In this document: piece after piece, positions 11,279-21,854 of the stretch
Position numbering within the stretch: the first letter of the stretch is position 1
How the letters are laid out: each line of letters opens with the position of its first letter
Source: Octopus sinensis
Taxonomy: Eukaryota
Direction of reading: 5' to 3'
Length of the DNA: 64,000 bases
Assembly: GCF_006345805.1 (NCBI RefSeq)
Contig: NC_043011.1
Location: 2,542,001 to 2,606,000, forward strand
Notes under the pieces: model-generated
Told to the model about the DNA's origin: nothing
Seen by the model: only the letters and a program-made list of their open reading frames with translations
Database searches by the model: none
Made by a program: the position numbers and the translations under genes

Positions 11279-14200
11279 CATCATCATCATTATCATTGTT
11301 CGACTGTGGTCGAGACAATGGAATTTACCATGCTACGCCAGACTTCACGGTCCATCATGGCATTATGGAGGGCCTGTTGCTGGATGCCTGTATCCCTGGA
11401 GATTGCATCAGGGTAGGAGAGTGTGCACCCTCTGGTATTGCGAGTAGATGGCTTCCAGAGGAGAAGAGTAGAAATTACTTCATTTTCAGCTCTACAACAA
11501 TGTCCAGCAAACTGGACTCTCCTACCTTTCAAAAGATATGACACAGGTGGTAGTTTCCCATATATTTGCATTTTGGTTGGATGGCGCTTCCACGAGAGGT
11601 TTTGAGCTCTCATAAGGAGGCGAGTGTAGGTTCCATCCAACCGCCTCTCAAGCTTCTTTGATAACGTCCAGGTTTCTGAGCCATATAGTAGAATTGGTTC
11701 GACTGTGGCTTTGAAGATTTCAAGTTTGAAGTCTCTACTTAGATTTGATGACCAGATCTTATGCATGTCATTACAGGCTGACCAGGCCATACCCTTTCTA
11801 GTTAGAAAGTCTTTTCCAGATGATGATATGTATGACCCAAGATATTTATAATCAGAAACCATATTTAAGGGCGCATTGTTGAGAGTATGGATGATGCAAT
11901 CACTGTTGGACAGGCACTTGTTTATGTATTCAGTTTTGGCCTCATTGAGGTAAAGACCTACACAATTTGAGGCTTGTTCAAGAGATTCTAAAAGAGACTG
12001 GGCATTGGAGAGAGAATCACTGATAAGAGCAATGTCGTCAGCAAAGTCAGTGTCTGTCAAGTACTCAGCTGGGTGTCTGGAACTTCTTGGTTTTATTTCA
12101 AAGCCCTTGTCAGAGATGGTATCAACTGACATACGTAGCACATAATCAACAACAATGATGAAAAGAAATGGGGCGAGTGTGTCTCCCTGCAGTATTCCGG
12201 CTTTGATTGAGAAAGATGATGTTTCTCCGTCGGGGGTTAAGATGGTTGAAGACGTATCTGTGTAGAGGACCTTGATGGCAGAAATGATTTTGTCTGGTAT
12301 CCCATAGAGCTTAAGGATTTCAAACATCTTGTACCTATCTACAGAATCGAACGCTTTAGAAAAGTCTACAAATACCATTGCGAGATCGCGATTAATTGCT
12401 TTTGATTCTTCAATAAGTCTGCGTAGGCATAGTATCTGGCTCAGCGTTGAGCGCCCATGTCTGAATCCATTTTGGTTCTTTCGGAGCAAAGGTTCAACAA
12501 AAAGGACAAGACGATTTAGGATCAGTTTGTTGTACAGTTTTGCAGCAATTGACATTAGAGATATACCCCTGTAGTTGGTGACGAGGGATAAATCGCCTTT
12601 TTTGGGTATTGGAATGATTTGAGATTGGTGCCAAATCTTTGGAGCGACAAAGGTGGAAAGTGTGTGGTTGCAGAGGTTGAGCAAAAGTGTGTGAAATCTA
12701 TCATCCTTCCAAATTATAGCTGGGATGTTGTCGGGACCAAATGCTTTCGAGGCTTTTAGTTGCTTGGTGGCTGCTGTTAGTTCAAATATGGTAAAAGGGG
12801 AGGTGTTGATGTCCAGCATGTCTGATATAGGCACACTTGGAAGAGTGGGGTTATCAGGGATTTTGGCATTCTTCCCAAGGAGGTTTTTAAAATGGGTTGA
12901 CCAATATTCTAAACGCTTCTTAGCTGATCCCCCTTTAATTCTAATTGATGACCCAGAATTTTTGCCTGATAGGTCTTTGATGGATTTCCAGGCGAGATGG
13001 TGTTTTTTACTAATGTGCTCTTTGGATAGTTTACTAATTTTGCCATTGATAAAGTCGACCTCGGCGTTCAAGTAAGCCTCATCAAGATTCTTCTTGGCAG
13101 CTATGAGTTGGATCTTCAGTGACTGGGATGGAGAATGGTGGTAAGCTAGTGATATAGACTTTAGATGGTTTCTGGCTTCGATGACATTTGGGGAATTAGA
13201 AGGTTTGCTCTGGCCCCTACTCTTCCTCTTGGGAAGAGTAGCCAGTGCAACTTCCTCTGTTGATTTGATGAGGCTGCTGTATACTTCTTCAATGTTCCCA
13301 GCATCTATTTCAGAAGTAGACAGAGATTGAAATGTGTTATAGACCTCAATAGTAAATTGTTTGGACATATCGGGGTTAGATAAGACTTCCTCCCAGTCGA
13401 TCATTTTCATCTGGTGAGGCTTAGCTTTTTTGGATGAGCGAAGACTAAGCTTAACGGTAGCTGATACAATTCTGTGGTCAGAGCCGACAGAACTAAAGGA
13501 AGAGTAGGATCTCGAGTCTTTAACACTATTGCGCCATTTCTTTCGAAAGATGAGGTAGTCAATTTGTGCCCTATCACCAAGTGGGGACTCAAATGTCCAA
13601 AGTTGACCTTTTGGTTTCATAAAAGAATTGTTGGAGGTGTAGAGATTAAATTCCTCCAAGAAGTCTTTGAGCATTTCTCCGTTCCGATTAGTTTTAGAGT
13701 TGAAAGTAAACTTGGTCTCATCGGGTCCTAGTCTAGCATTCAGATCACCAGCTATAACTAGAAAATTATGGAGAGGTACTTGCTCAAAGGTTGAACGAAG
13801 AGTTGCATAAAAATTCTCAATCTCGTCTGCCACAGACGAATTATGTGGGCTATACACACATACCAATGTTGTTTTCGGGTTTCCATCTATCTCAAGCACC
13901 ATAATTCTAGGTGAGATTGACTCTATACTCAAGAGAGTATCACTAGCTTTTGATGAAAGTAGAAATCCGATACCTCCAACTGTTGAATTAACAGTATTCT
14001 TTGATGCTGAGGAGGTTACAAGTTGATAAGAACCGACTTGATGGTATTTGAGGATGTTGTCAGGGTGGTAAAATCGGTGTTCTTGGACAGCTATTATATC
14101 AACGCCATGTGATTCTGCATTTGCACCAAATTCTTCTAGACGGCCAAGAGAGCCGAGGGTGCGGGCATTGAGGGTGTTGAGTATCGCATGATTTTTACAG

Positions 14201-14400
14201 CTGATGAGGTGTTTGTTTGGTGTTGTTTGGTTGGGAGCTGACTCTTCTCCATCAAGTGATACCCATCTGTTAAGATTGAGGGCATCACCGTCAATGGATG
14301 CCCTTGGAGGTGCAACGTGATCAGAGACAGGACCCGGCAAAGCAGGGGCTGGACCTACATCCGCAGGTATACCATTAGGTCTGGTTCCATGGGGAAGAGG
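11279..14400 (-). mobile_element. Near full-length RTE-clade LINE with (GAT)n 3' tail
   Basis: Single APE-RT ORF. The stop codon runs straight into the TGATAATGATGATGATG tail (plus-strand 11279-11295). The 5' boundary is approximate and no TSD was found. Confidence 0.88.
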
Positions 14401-14499
14401 AACCCTGGTGCAGTTAATTGTAAATTCCATAGGTGTAGCAGGGCTTCCCTTTTCCTGGTCCTGAATGTCCTCAGAGTCCAACCAACCACTCGCCTGCAC
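11293..14499 (-). CDS. RTE-clade non-LTR retrotransposon polyprotein (AP endonuclease + reverse transcriptase), 1068 aa, uninterrupted
   Basis: APE motifs LNARTL, IIAVQEHR, CVYSP, IAGDLNA, IDYLI and SDHRIV. RT motifs NYRGISLMS, QNGFR, FVDFSKAFDSV, GILQGDTLAPFLF, DFADD and YKYLG. C-terminal RRVQFAGHC...DREVW. The first ~100 aa have no recognisable domain. Confidence 0.93.
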   Translation of the reverse strand: MQASGWLDSEDIQDQEKGSPATPMEFTINCTRVPLPHGTRPNGIPADVGPAPALPGPVSDHVAPPRASIDGDALNLNRWVSLDGEESAPNQTTPNKHLISCKNHAILNTLNARTLGSLGRLEEFGANAESHGVDIIAVQEHRFYHPDNILKYHQVGSYQLVTSSASKNTVNSTVGGIGFLLSSKASDTLLSIESISPRIMVLEIDGNPKTTLVCVYSPHNSSVADEIENFYATLRSTFEQVPLHNFLVIAGDLNARLGPDETKFTFNSKTNRNGEMLKDFLEEFNLYTSNNSFMKPKGQLWTFESPLGDRAQIDYLIFRKKWRNSVKDSRSYSSFSSVGSDHRIVSATVKLSLRSSKKAKPHQMKMIDWEEVLSNPDMSKQFTIEVYNTFQSLSTSEIDAGNIEEVYSSLIKSTEEVALATLPKRKSRGQSKPSNSPNVIEARNHLKSISLAYHHSPSQSLKIQLIAAKKNLDEAYLNAEVDFINGKISKLSKEHISKKHHLAWKSIKDLSGKNSGSSIRIKGGSAKKRLEYWSTHFKNLLGKNAKIPDNPTLPSVPISDMLDINTSPFTIFELTAATKQLKASKAFGPDNIPAIIWKDDRFHTLLLNLCNHTLSTFVAPKIWHQSQIIPIPKKGDLSLVTNYRGISLMSIAAKLYNKLILNRLVLFVEPLLRKNQNGFRHGRSTLSQILCLRRLIEESKAINRDLAMVFVDFSKAFDSVDRYKMFEILKLYGIPDKIISAIKVLYTDTSSTILTPDGETSSFSIKAGILQGDTLAPFLFIIVVDYVLRMSVDTISDKGFEIKPRSSRHPAEYLTDTDFADDIALISDSLSNAQSLLESLEQASNCVGLYLNEAKTEYINKCLSNSDCIIHTLNNAPLNMVSDYKYLGSYISSSGKDFLTRKGMAWSACNDMHKIWSSNLSRDFKLEIFKATVEPILLYGSETWTLSKKLERRLDGTYTRLLMRAQNLSWKRHPTKMQIYGKLPPVSYLLKGRRVQFAGHCCRAENEVISTLLLWKPSTRNTRGCTLSYPDAISRDTGIQQQALHNAMMDREVWRSMVNSIVSTTVEQ

Positions 14500-14750
14500 A
14501 GTGTTGTCATCTTGGTAATATGCACATGGAATGTTGCATCATTGCTCATGTGAAACCCCAGGTCACACACCGACTCTGACTCTGGGATCATACTACCTTC
14601 TGGTCCAGTGCATTCCGATTTAAGCATGGTGCTGGACCAATAGCGGAGTGCCTGAAATTTCATAGCATTGAACTGCATGTTATTTTTGTTAGCCCATTCG
14701 TAGATTTTGTTCAGGTCTTTCTGCGGTTTTATGATGTCCTCTGGACACAA
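14400..14750 (-). mobile_element. CR1/L2-type LINE RT fragment
   Basis: ORF 14355-14786 contains QKDLNKIYEWANKNNMQFNAMKF...DLGFHMSND...GWTLRTFRTR, typical of the CR1 RT C-terminal region. Confidence 0.8.
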
Positions 14751-15248
14751 AGACACACACACATGTGTGCATGCATATGCATACATGCATGTGCATGCAC
14801 ACGTGCACAGCTAGCTTCCACACAGCTCCCATCAATTAAATTCACTCACAAGCTATTGGTCAACCCAAAGCCGTAGTAGAATACACTCAACATGTAGTGA
14901 ATTAAGACTGGATCCAAATCCACATGGTCACTAAGCAAATTTCGTAACCACATAGCCATGCCTGTGCCTATATAATAAATAAATAAATATAATAAAAAAT
15001 AATGGTAAGAATATATTCTATATAATTCCCTTTGGAAGAATTTGAATAGATCATGGTGAGTTGTCTAAATAATATCTTATACTATCATTCAGATTACAGT
15101 GATGTTAATGAGATAGAGAATGTTAAATGCTAAATTCAGTACAGCCATAATCAAAATAATACTGAGAAGATTAAGATTACATACACGTGTATGTATATTT
15201 ATGTGTGTGAGTTCATATATTTGTGTGTGTGAGTGGGAAGTGTCAGTG

Positions 15249-15280
<32 letters not shown>

Positions 15281-15439
15281 CTATGTACTTTCCATTAATA
15301 GAAGTAAAGCAAAAGAAAAACAGTCCCCAATGTATCATAAGTGAATAAGTGTATTGAGTTATTAGAATCTTTAGTAGAAATACAATATTACAGGTGTTGC
15401 TTTTGCAGTTGAAAGAACTGCTTGTTGGAAGCAGGTGTA

Positions 15440-15629
15440 ATATTATATCTCTAAAACACTGTGAACATATATATGTGTGTGTGTGTGTGTATGAGAGGGA
15501 GAGAGAGAGAGAGAGTGTGAATGTATGTGAGTGTAAACACATGCACATATATGTGAGAGTGAATGTATGTGTGTGTAAACATGTACACACACATGTATGT
15601 ATATATGTCTCCCTCTCTCTCTCTCTCTA

Positions 15630-15665
<36 letters not shown>
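15440..15665. repeat. Compound (GT)/(GA)/(CT)/(TA) microsatellite
   Basis: Direct reading. It abuts the 529-bp palindrome. Confidence 0.9.
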
Positions 15666-15666
<1 letters not shown>

Positions 15667-15696
15667 GCGAGAAAGAAGCAACAAGAATGGATAGGT

Positions 15697-15787
15697 TTTT
15701 AGTACAATCGTTTCATACAAGGACAGGCTTTATTAAAAGTTGTAAAAATTACAGCATATAAACGTGTCCCGTACTCATCAGCTAAAA
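15697..15787 (-). ncRNA. Mirror-copy type I hammerhead motif
   Basis: Reverse complement of 16075-16165 in the left arm of the palindrome, with the same core. Confidence 0.8.
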
Positions 15788-16074
15788 TACATGTGAGTTC
15801 TCTAGACATCCTAGTGGTTGAGGCTATACTCATGAAGTAATGTAGATAATTAAGGAACATAAACAGATTTCCAAAGTTCATTAAAGTTCTTTAAAGATGA
15901 TGTACAGTCTTATCACAGAATTTTTAAAAAGTTTTTTAAAATTCTGTGATAAGACTGTACATCATCTTTAAAGAACTTTAATGAACTTTGGAAATCTGTT
16001 TATGTTACTTAATTATCTACATTACTTCATGAGTATAGCCTCAACCACTAGGATGTCTAGAGAACTCACATGTA

Positions 16075-16165
16075 TTTTAGCTGATGAGTACGGGACACGT
16101 TTATATGCTGTAATTTTTGCAACATTTAATAAAGCCTGTCCTTGTATGAAACGATTGTACTAAAA
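16075..16165 (+). ncRNA. Type I hammerhead ribozyme motif with long helix II
   Basis: Helix I TTTTAG/CTAAAA. Core CTGATGA at 16081. Helix II GTAC-GGGACA...TGTCCT-T-GTAT. GAAAC at 16148. Helix III AC-GATT-GT. Triplet GTA, with predicted cleavage after 16159. Confidence 0.8.
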
Positions 16166-16714
16166 ACCTATCCATTCTTGTTGCTTCTTTCTCGCTTATA
16201 ATCACCCCACATTACTGTATTGTTAAAACAGTATAGTTTTTTTTTGGTGCATCTAAGTTAGGTACCATATTCAAGTAAATTCATTTAAATTAACTTGAAT
16301 CTTTATTGCTTTTATATATATATATATATATATATATACAGGTACAATATATATATATCTATCTCTATCAATCTATCTTCATATGTGTATATATATATGT
16401 ATATTATATACACACACACAATATATATATATATATATATCTATCTCTATCAATCTATCTTCACATGTATATATTGCGTGTATGTTTATTTTCCACTTAA
16501 TTATTGGCACTAGTTTATCTTTGTATAATCAATGGTTTATACCATACTCTCTTCCAATTTTAGATGTGGCAAGTGTGAAGTGAATAAGTGACAGTAAATT
16601 AAGCACAGACTGAATGTAGATGAAACTTATTTGAACTTATATGATATGTCATGCAAACGCCCATGTAAACCTTCTTTACAGATACAGAATGCTGTCCCCC
16701 ATCACTGTGGAATG

Positions 16715-17170
16715 CTGTCCCCCATCACTTAGAGCTGGCACACTCAACATGGGCACATTGAAAGGGAGTCCTTGGGAGATTGTTGAGATGCTGGAACAGA
16801 GGTTTGTGATGCATCCAAGAAGTAAGATGGAGGGGAGCTTCTACCAGGTTCCTCACTGGCAAAGAACATAGCTATAAAATCTTCTGGGTAACAAATTGTG
16901 ATGATGTTTGTGGTGTGGATATACTTGCTGAGAAATGGGTAGTTAAGGCAATGGAGGTAGTCAGAGTGTGTGATAAGATACCTAAGCTTAGACTGGTTTT
17001 GCAAAGTGGGACAGCAAGTATTATTTTTGCCTACACCTCTCAACTGGGGCTACCAGATGAACAGAAAGACTGATTTTATACTACCTTTTGCAGACGACCT
17101 TGCTGACAAATGACAATGACCATCTCTTCATGGCCGGTGACTTCACTGGACATGTTGGGCAGCACCGGTT
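16715..17170 (+). mobile_element. Decayed RTE (BovB-type) AP-endonuclease fragment
   Basis: Frameshifted motifs RAGTLNMGTLKG...EIVEML, ...EVVRVCD..., AY.PQ.G.PDEQKD and LFMAGDF.GHVG. Confidence 0.75.
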
Positions 17171-18416
17171 AGTTTCATGAAAGCACATCAGCAAATGGAT
17201 TTCACTAGACAAAAGACTCAATTCATTTCTGTTTGATAAACCACAATAACGGCAAAATATCAGTATCTACCTCTATTGAATTCAATGCAAGGTGAGTTGT
17301 CTCCCCTGATCTATGACATTCAGGTGTTCTCTAACACTCAATGTTGTCCAGCGAGCTATTCCAGATGCTATTCCACAGCAAAGTCAGCATATAAACAAAA
17401 CACATACACTGTGTATGAGAAGTTGATAATATTTACTTTACTACTGTTGCTTTCAATTTATAATTTAATATATATATATTGTTTGTTCATTTCCTTTTGT
17501 ATTCATTTTCCTAAGTGTGCATGGATATGTATTATTGGAGTAGAGGTACGGACTTCACTGCTGGGCATCCTCCCTGTCTTTAAACCTATCAAAAAAGGTA
17601 TTTTATTTCATTTGTCTTTGAAGGCAGAGATAATACATTAAAATGACAGCCATGTAACAATCCATACCAAAGGGATTTTCAGAGGAGCACAAATGCAAAC
17701 ACATAGACACATAAATGCATCCAGACCCACACACATACAAACACAAACACACATGACACACATGCACATAATGGGCTTCTTTCAGTATCTATCTAACACA
17801 TTCATTTACAAAGCTTCAGTCTGCCTGGCACTAGAGTAGAAGACACTTGCCCAATGCACCACAGAAGCACTCTAAATAATAATGGTGTCCGGTACCTAGT
17901 AGTGCTATTTTCTGTCCTGGAGATTTGATTCTTTTTATCATATCTTTATAAACAGTATATTACTGCTTGAAAACATAAATACGAAATCTATGTTTTCACA
18001 ATCAATTCTCTACATCTCCACAGTGTTTTCTTTTAAAAGTTTTTTGATAATGTCCTTTATTACCATTATCCTCGTAGGAAATATAAATAAGAGTTTTAAT
18101 TCCTTCTTTCATTATTTCATTATTGCTATTATTGAAATAGTTTATTTACGAAAGAAACCATACAGAGAGAGGGAGAGAGACTGACAGACAGATAACTTCT
18201 AAGACGATCAACTTAGCATCATGATGACCACTCCCTTATTCCCACTACTATTTTCCATTTGGTGCGTCAGGATCTTCCCCTTTGGCTGCTAAAGTGCAGG
18301 GCCAGCTTTGTAATTCTCTTGTGCTCAGACAGCATGACTTCCTTCCCTTCCCCCATTTGCTAGAACCTTCTCATTGTACCCATAACCTCACCTTATTTTT
18401 CTTCTTCTCTTAAAAG

Positions 18417-18640
18417 TAAGAAGAAAACACCCTGGAAAAAAATTTGCTGGAGAGTACTGGATTTAAAAAATTTGTCAGAAGAAGAGGAACCGCTTGAAGT
18501 ATACCTAATGGAGGGAACATCTTTTGAAGTGGACAGTTATACAGGAAAAGCAACAGGTCTTACTTGTAACACATGTTTACATCTTAGCAATCCATCAAAA
18601 ATTAACCCACTGTCAGTGGTACACACAACTTTTACATGAT
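18417..18640 (+). other. Possible coding exon or old ORF remnant, product unknown
   Basis: Strong pyrimidine tract TTATTTTTCTTCTTCTCTTAAAAG followed by ~72 open codons KKKTPWKKICWRVLDLKNLSEEEEPLEVYLMEGTSFEVDSYTGKATG. No convincing donor site and no recognised homologue. Confidence 0.25.
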
Positions 18641-19586
18641 ATTCAGAACTTTATGGAACTTAATTTCAAATGATAGCTGTGTAGTGTTTGAAAACAAATA
18701 AGCAATTTCGTTATTTACATAATTTTCTCATAAAATGTATATCATTGTACTAGGCTTTATCTAGTTTTATTGATTCTCTATCTTTCTTATTGGTGTTATA
18801 TACTGCCTAACCGTAACATTCACATAATACAGAATCTATTATATAAATATTAAGTGAAAATATTTGTGTTCATTTGGGATAGAGACTTCCCAGATTGATT
18901 ATCAGTTCACAGTGGAACCTTATCAATATGCTTTCTGACTGAAAGTTATCTCTTGCTTTAAAGTGACCATTCTTATTGACAAACTATTTGTATTTGTTAC
19001 AAGCATTCGGCTGCATCAATAGATTGCTAACAGTGAATGAAGCAGAAACACACATTGACAAAAGAATAATGAAGCTATTACATCTATGTTACATCAGTTG
19101 TTTCATATGATACTTCATGTTTAGTATGACACTGCATATAAACAAAATAAATAAACAAAGGGACATTTGGGATGAAACAGCTTCACAGTTTGTAGCTCAA
19201 TGGCTAAAGTAACATTAATATAAAATGATTCTCCTAGCTTCATTATAACTGCTGTGAGATAGAGGCTTCTAATCAATAACACTGCCAGCCATTCCAGGAA
19301 GCTTGGGTTTTCTAACAATGTTAAGCTTAAATAATTACATGCCATTGTGTTCGCACATGTACAACACGAGGAAATAATGTATGGGTCATTTCACATTTAA
19401 TCCCTTTAAAGGTTAAAAGTTGACAAACGTGCACCAGATCAGAATTAATGCTTTGCAATTAAAATATTTTCACTTATCAATTTCAAATCCTGTTGATGTT
19501 TACAGTAGGTTACAACTTTCTGGAACATGTAAATATATTGAAATATATATTGAAATTCTGTCTTTAATTATATATACTTTTGATGA

Positions 19587-19808
19587 GACATAACTCTTTA
19601 CTCTTTACTCTTTTACTTGTTTCAGTCATTTGACTGCGGCCATGCTGGAGCACCGCCTTTAGTCGAGCAAATCGACCCTGGGACTTATTCTTTGTAAGCC
19701 CAGTACTTATTCTAACAGTCTCTTTTGCCGAACCGCTAAGTGATGGGGACATAAACACACCAGCTTCGGTTGTCAAGCAATGCTAGGGGAACAAACACAG
19801 ACACACAA

Positions 19809-19869
<61 letters not shown>

Positions 19870-20040
19870 GATATATACGACAGGCTTCTTTCAGTTTCCA
19901 TCTACCAAATCCACTCACAAGTCATTGGTCGGCCCGGGGCTATAGCAGAAGACACTTGCCCAAGATGCCACGCAGTGGGACTGAACCTGGAACAATGTGG
20001 TTGGTTAGCAAGCTACTTACCACACAGCCACTCCTGCGCC
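19587..20040 (-). mobile_element. SINE family A
   Basis: Full-length match to the family A consensus. Confidence 0.92.
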
Positions 20041-20391
20041 ATAACTGTTGCATATTAGAAGTATATTACAAGCATATAATATATTAGTTGTCCTAATAAA
20101 GCCCAGAACATGCTTGCTACTTATTTTATTGGAATGAGAAGGATGAAGATGGAGTTATGTTAACTTAAGCAGGATTTCAACTTCGGATGTAGACAGCAGA
20201 ATAAAAATGCAAAACAAAGCAGCATCTATTTGAGTTCAATGTGGCCTTGAATTCAAAACTCAGTAACATATTTTATTAATTCCCCCCATTCCCTTTTAAC
20301 ACTTAGGTATAATTCTCACTTCCTGCTAATTTTAAACCCTTATGTCTTGAAATAACTTCTCACATCATACACAAGTATGATACACAAGTAT

Positions 20392-20795
20392 AGGCGCAGG
20401 AGTGGCTGTGTGGTAAGTAGCTTGATTACCAACCACATGGTTCCGGGTTCAGTCCCACTGCGTGGCATCTTGGGCAAGTGTCTTCTACTATAGCCCCGGG
20501 CCGACCAATGCCTTGTGAGTGGATTTGGTAGACGGAAACTAGAAGCCTGTCGTATATATGCATATATATATAAGTATGTGTGTGATTGGGTGTCTGTGTT
20601 TTTCCCCCTAGCATTGCTTGACAACCGATGCTGGTGTGTTTAAGTCCCTGTTACTTAGTGGTTTGGCAAAGGAGACCGATAGAATAAGTACTGGGCGTAC
20701 AAAGAATAAGTCCCAGGGTCGATTTGCTCGACTAAAGGCGGTGCTCCAGCATGGCCGCAGTCAAATGACTGAAACAAGTAAAAGAATAAAAGAGT
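20392..20795 (+). mobile_element. SINE family A
   Basis: GGCGCAGGAGTGGCTGTGTGGTAAG head through GTAAAAGAATAAAAGAGTA tail. Confidence 0.92.
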
Positions 20796-21034
20796 AGGTA
20801 AATATGCTGATATATATATAATGGCTATTACTAATGTTGATAATGGGATTCATGTTGTGCCAGTTGTAAGCTGAATTATTGGGAAGAATTCATGAATACC
20901 ACGCAGAACAAACCATGCTTTTATCCCAGTTAGAATCATTTCCAGTACTAAGTGTCATTTGGTTTATATTCTTGTTGCTTACCCGACATGAGTTCTGAAT
21001 GAGCAAATCTGTGAGCAAAACATGATGGCCATGA

Positions 21035-21650
21035 CTATTTCACATTGTTTTCATTGGTTCCAGGTTCAGTCCCACTGCATAGTGTTGTTGTTATATATAT
21101 ATAATGTATTGAGTATTAAAGGAAGTAGTGAGTACTTAGTATGAAAGATTAAGAAAATGAGAGAGACTGAAACAACGTGTTAACAATACAAGATACTTTA
21201 TTCGACTGCCGTTGTTGTACAAGTTAATTGTTTTGGCGGGAAACAAAGTGAAAGTCCTTTTATCAAGGGAGACAATGGGCGACGTTGATTGTTCATGTTT
21301 GTTGTGATGATTATATAACACATAGCACTTGGGCAAATGTCTTCTACTATAGCCTCGGGCTGACCAAAGCCTTGTGAGTGGATTTGGTAGACAGAAACTG
21401 AAAGAAGCCCGTTGTATAACGTATATGTGTGTGTATGCATGTCTGTGTTTGTCCTCCCACCATCACTTGAGAACCGATGTTGGTGTGTTTATGTCCCCGT
21501 AACTTAACAGTTAGGCAAAAAAAAAAAACTGATAGAATAAGTACTGGGCTTACAAAGAATAAGTCCTGGGGTCGATTTTTTTCAAATAAAAGGTGGTGCT
21601 CCAGCATGGCCGCAGTCAAACGACTGAAATAAGTAAAAGAGTAAAAGAGT
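21035..21650 (+). mobile_element. SINE family A interrupted by a solo LTR
   Basis: The head breaks at CCCACTGCATAG (21082) and resumes CATAGCACTTGGGC (21321). Confidence 0.85.
21083..21320 (-). mobile_element. Solo LTR-like insertion (238 bp)
   Basis: Starts TGTT and ends AACA, with short terminal inverted repeats. Perfect 5-bp TSD CATAG (21078-21082 and 21321-21325). AATAAA on the minus strand. Confidence 0.8.
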
Positions 21651-21654
21651 AATC

Positions 21655-21805
21655 TAGGGTTACATTCATTATTTACATTCGACGGATATTTGTCCTCATC
21701 TTGTTTGTTGTTAACACAACATTTCGGCTGATATACCCTCCAGCCTTCATCAGATGTCTTGGGGAAATTTTGAACCTGGGTTCTCACTCCTAAAGTATTT
21801 TTCAA
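21655..21805 (-). mobile_element. Probable Penelope-like element terminal-repeat remnant
   Basis: Short non-coding segment built around the minimal hammerhead motif. Minimal hammerheads are an established feature of Penelope-like pseudo-LTRs. No RT or GIY-YIG sequence is visible. Confidence 0.45.
21713..21758 (-). ncRNA. Minimal (dimeric-type) hammerhead motif, probably decayed
   Basis: Minus strand GACAT-CTGATGA-A-GGCTG-GAGGGTATAT-CAGCC-GAAA-TGTT-GTGTT. GAAATGTT is probably a CpG-decayed GAAACGTT (palindrome AACGTT). Confidence 0.6.

Positions 21806-21854
<49 letters not shown>

Larger units (their letters stand above)
15667..16195. repeat. 529-bp near-perfect palindrome (264-bp arms, centre G15931)
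   Basis: The arms are reverse complements with only about 4 mismatches by eye. Mirror ORFs 15699-15881(-) and 15981-16163(+) are almost identical. Confidence 0.97.

Noticed and set aside
14330-14460. HDV-like ribozyme at the RTE 5' end (known for some RTEs)
   Set aside because: I could not build the nested double pseudoknot by eye, and part of the region looks CR1-derived. It needs a descriptor search.
15699-16163. Twin 60-aa ORFs (MNFGNLF...) as a duplicated gene
   Set aside because: They are a by-product of the palindrome. The conserved features are RNA-structural and the peptide has no recognisable domain.
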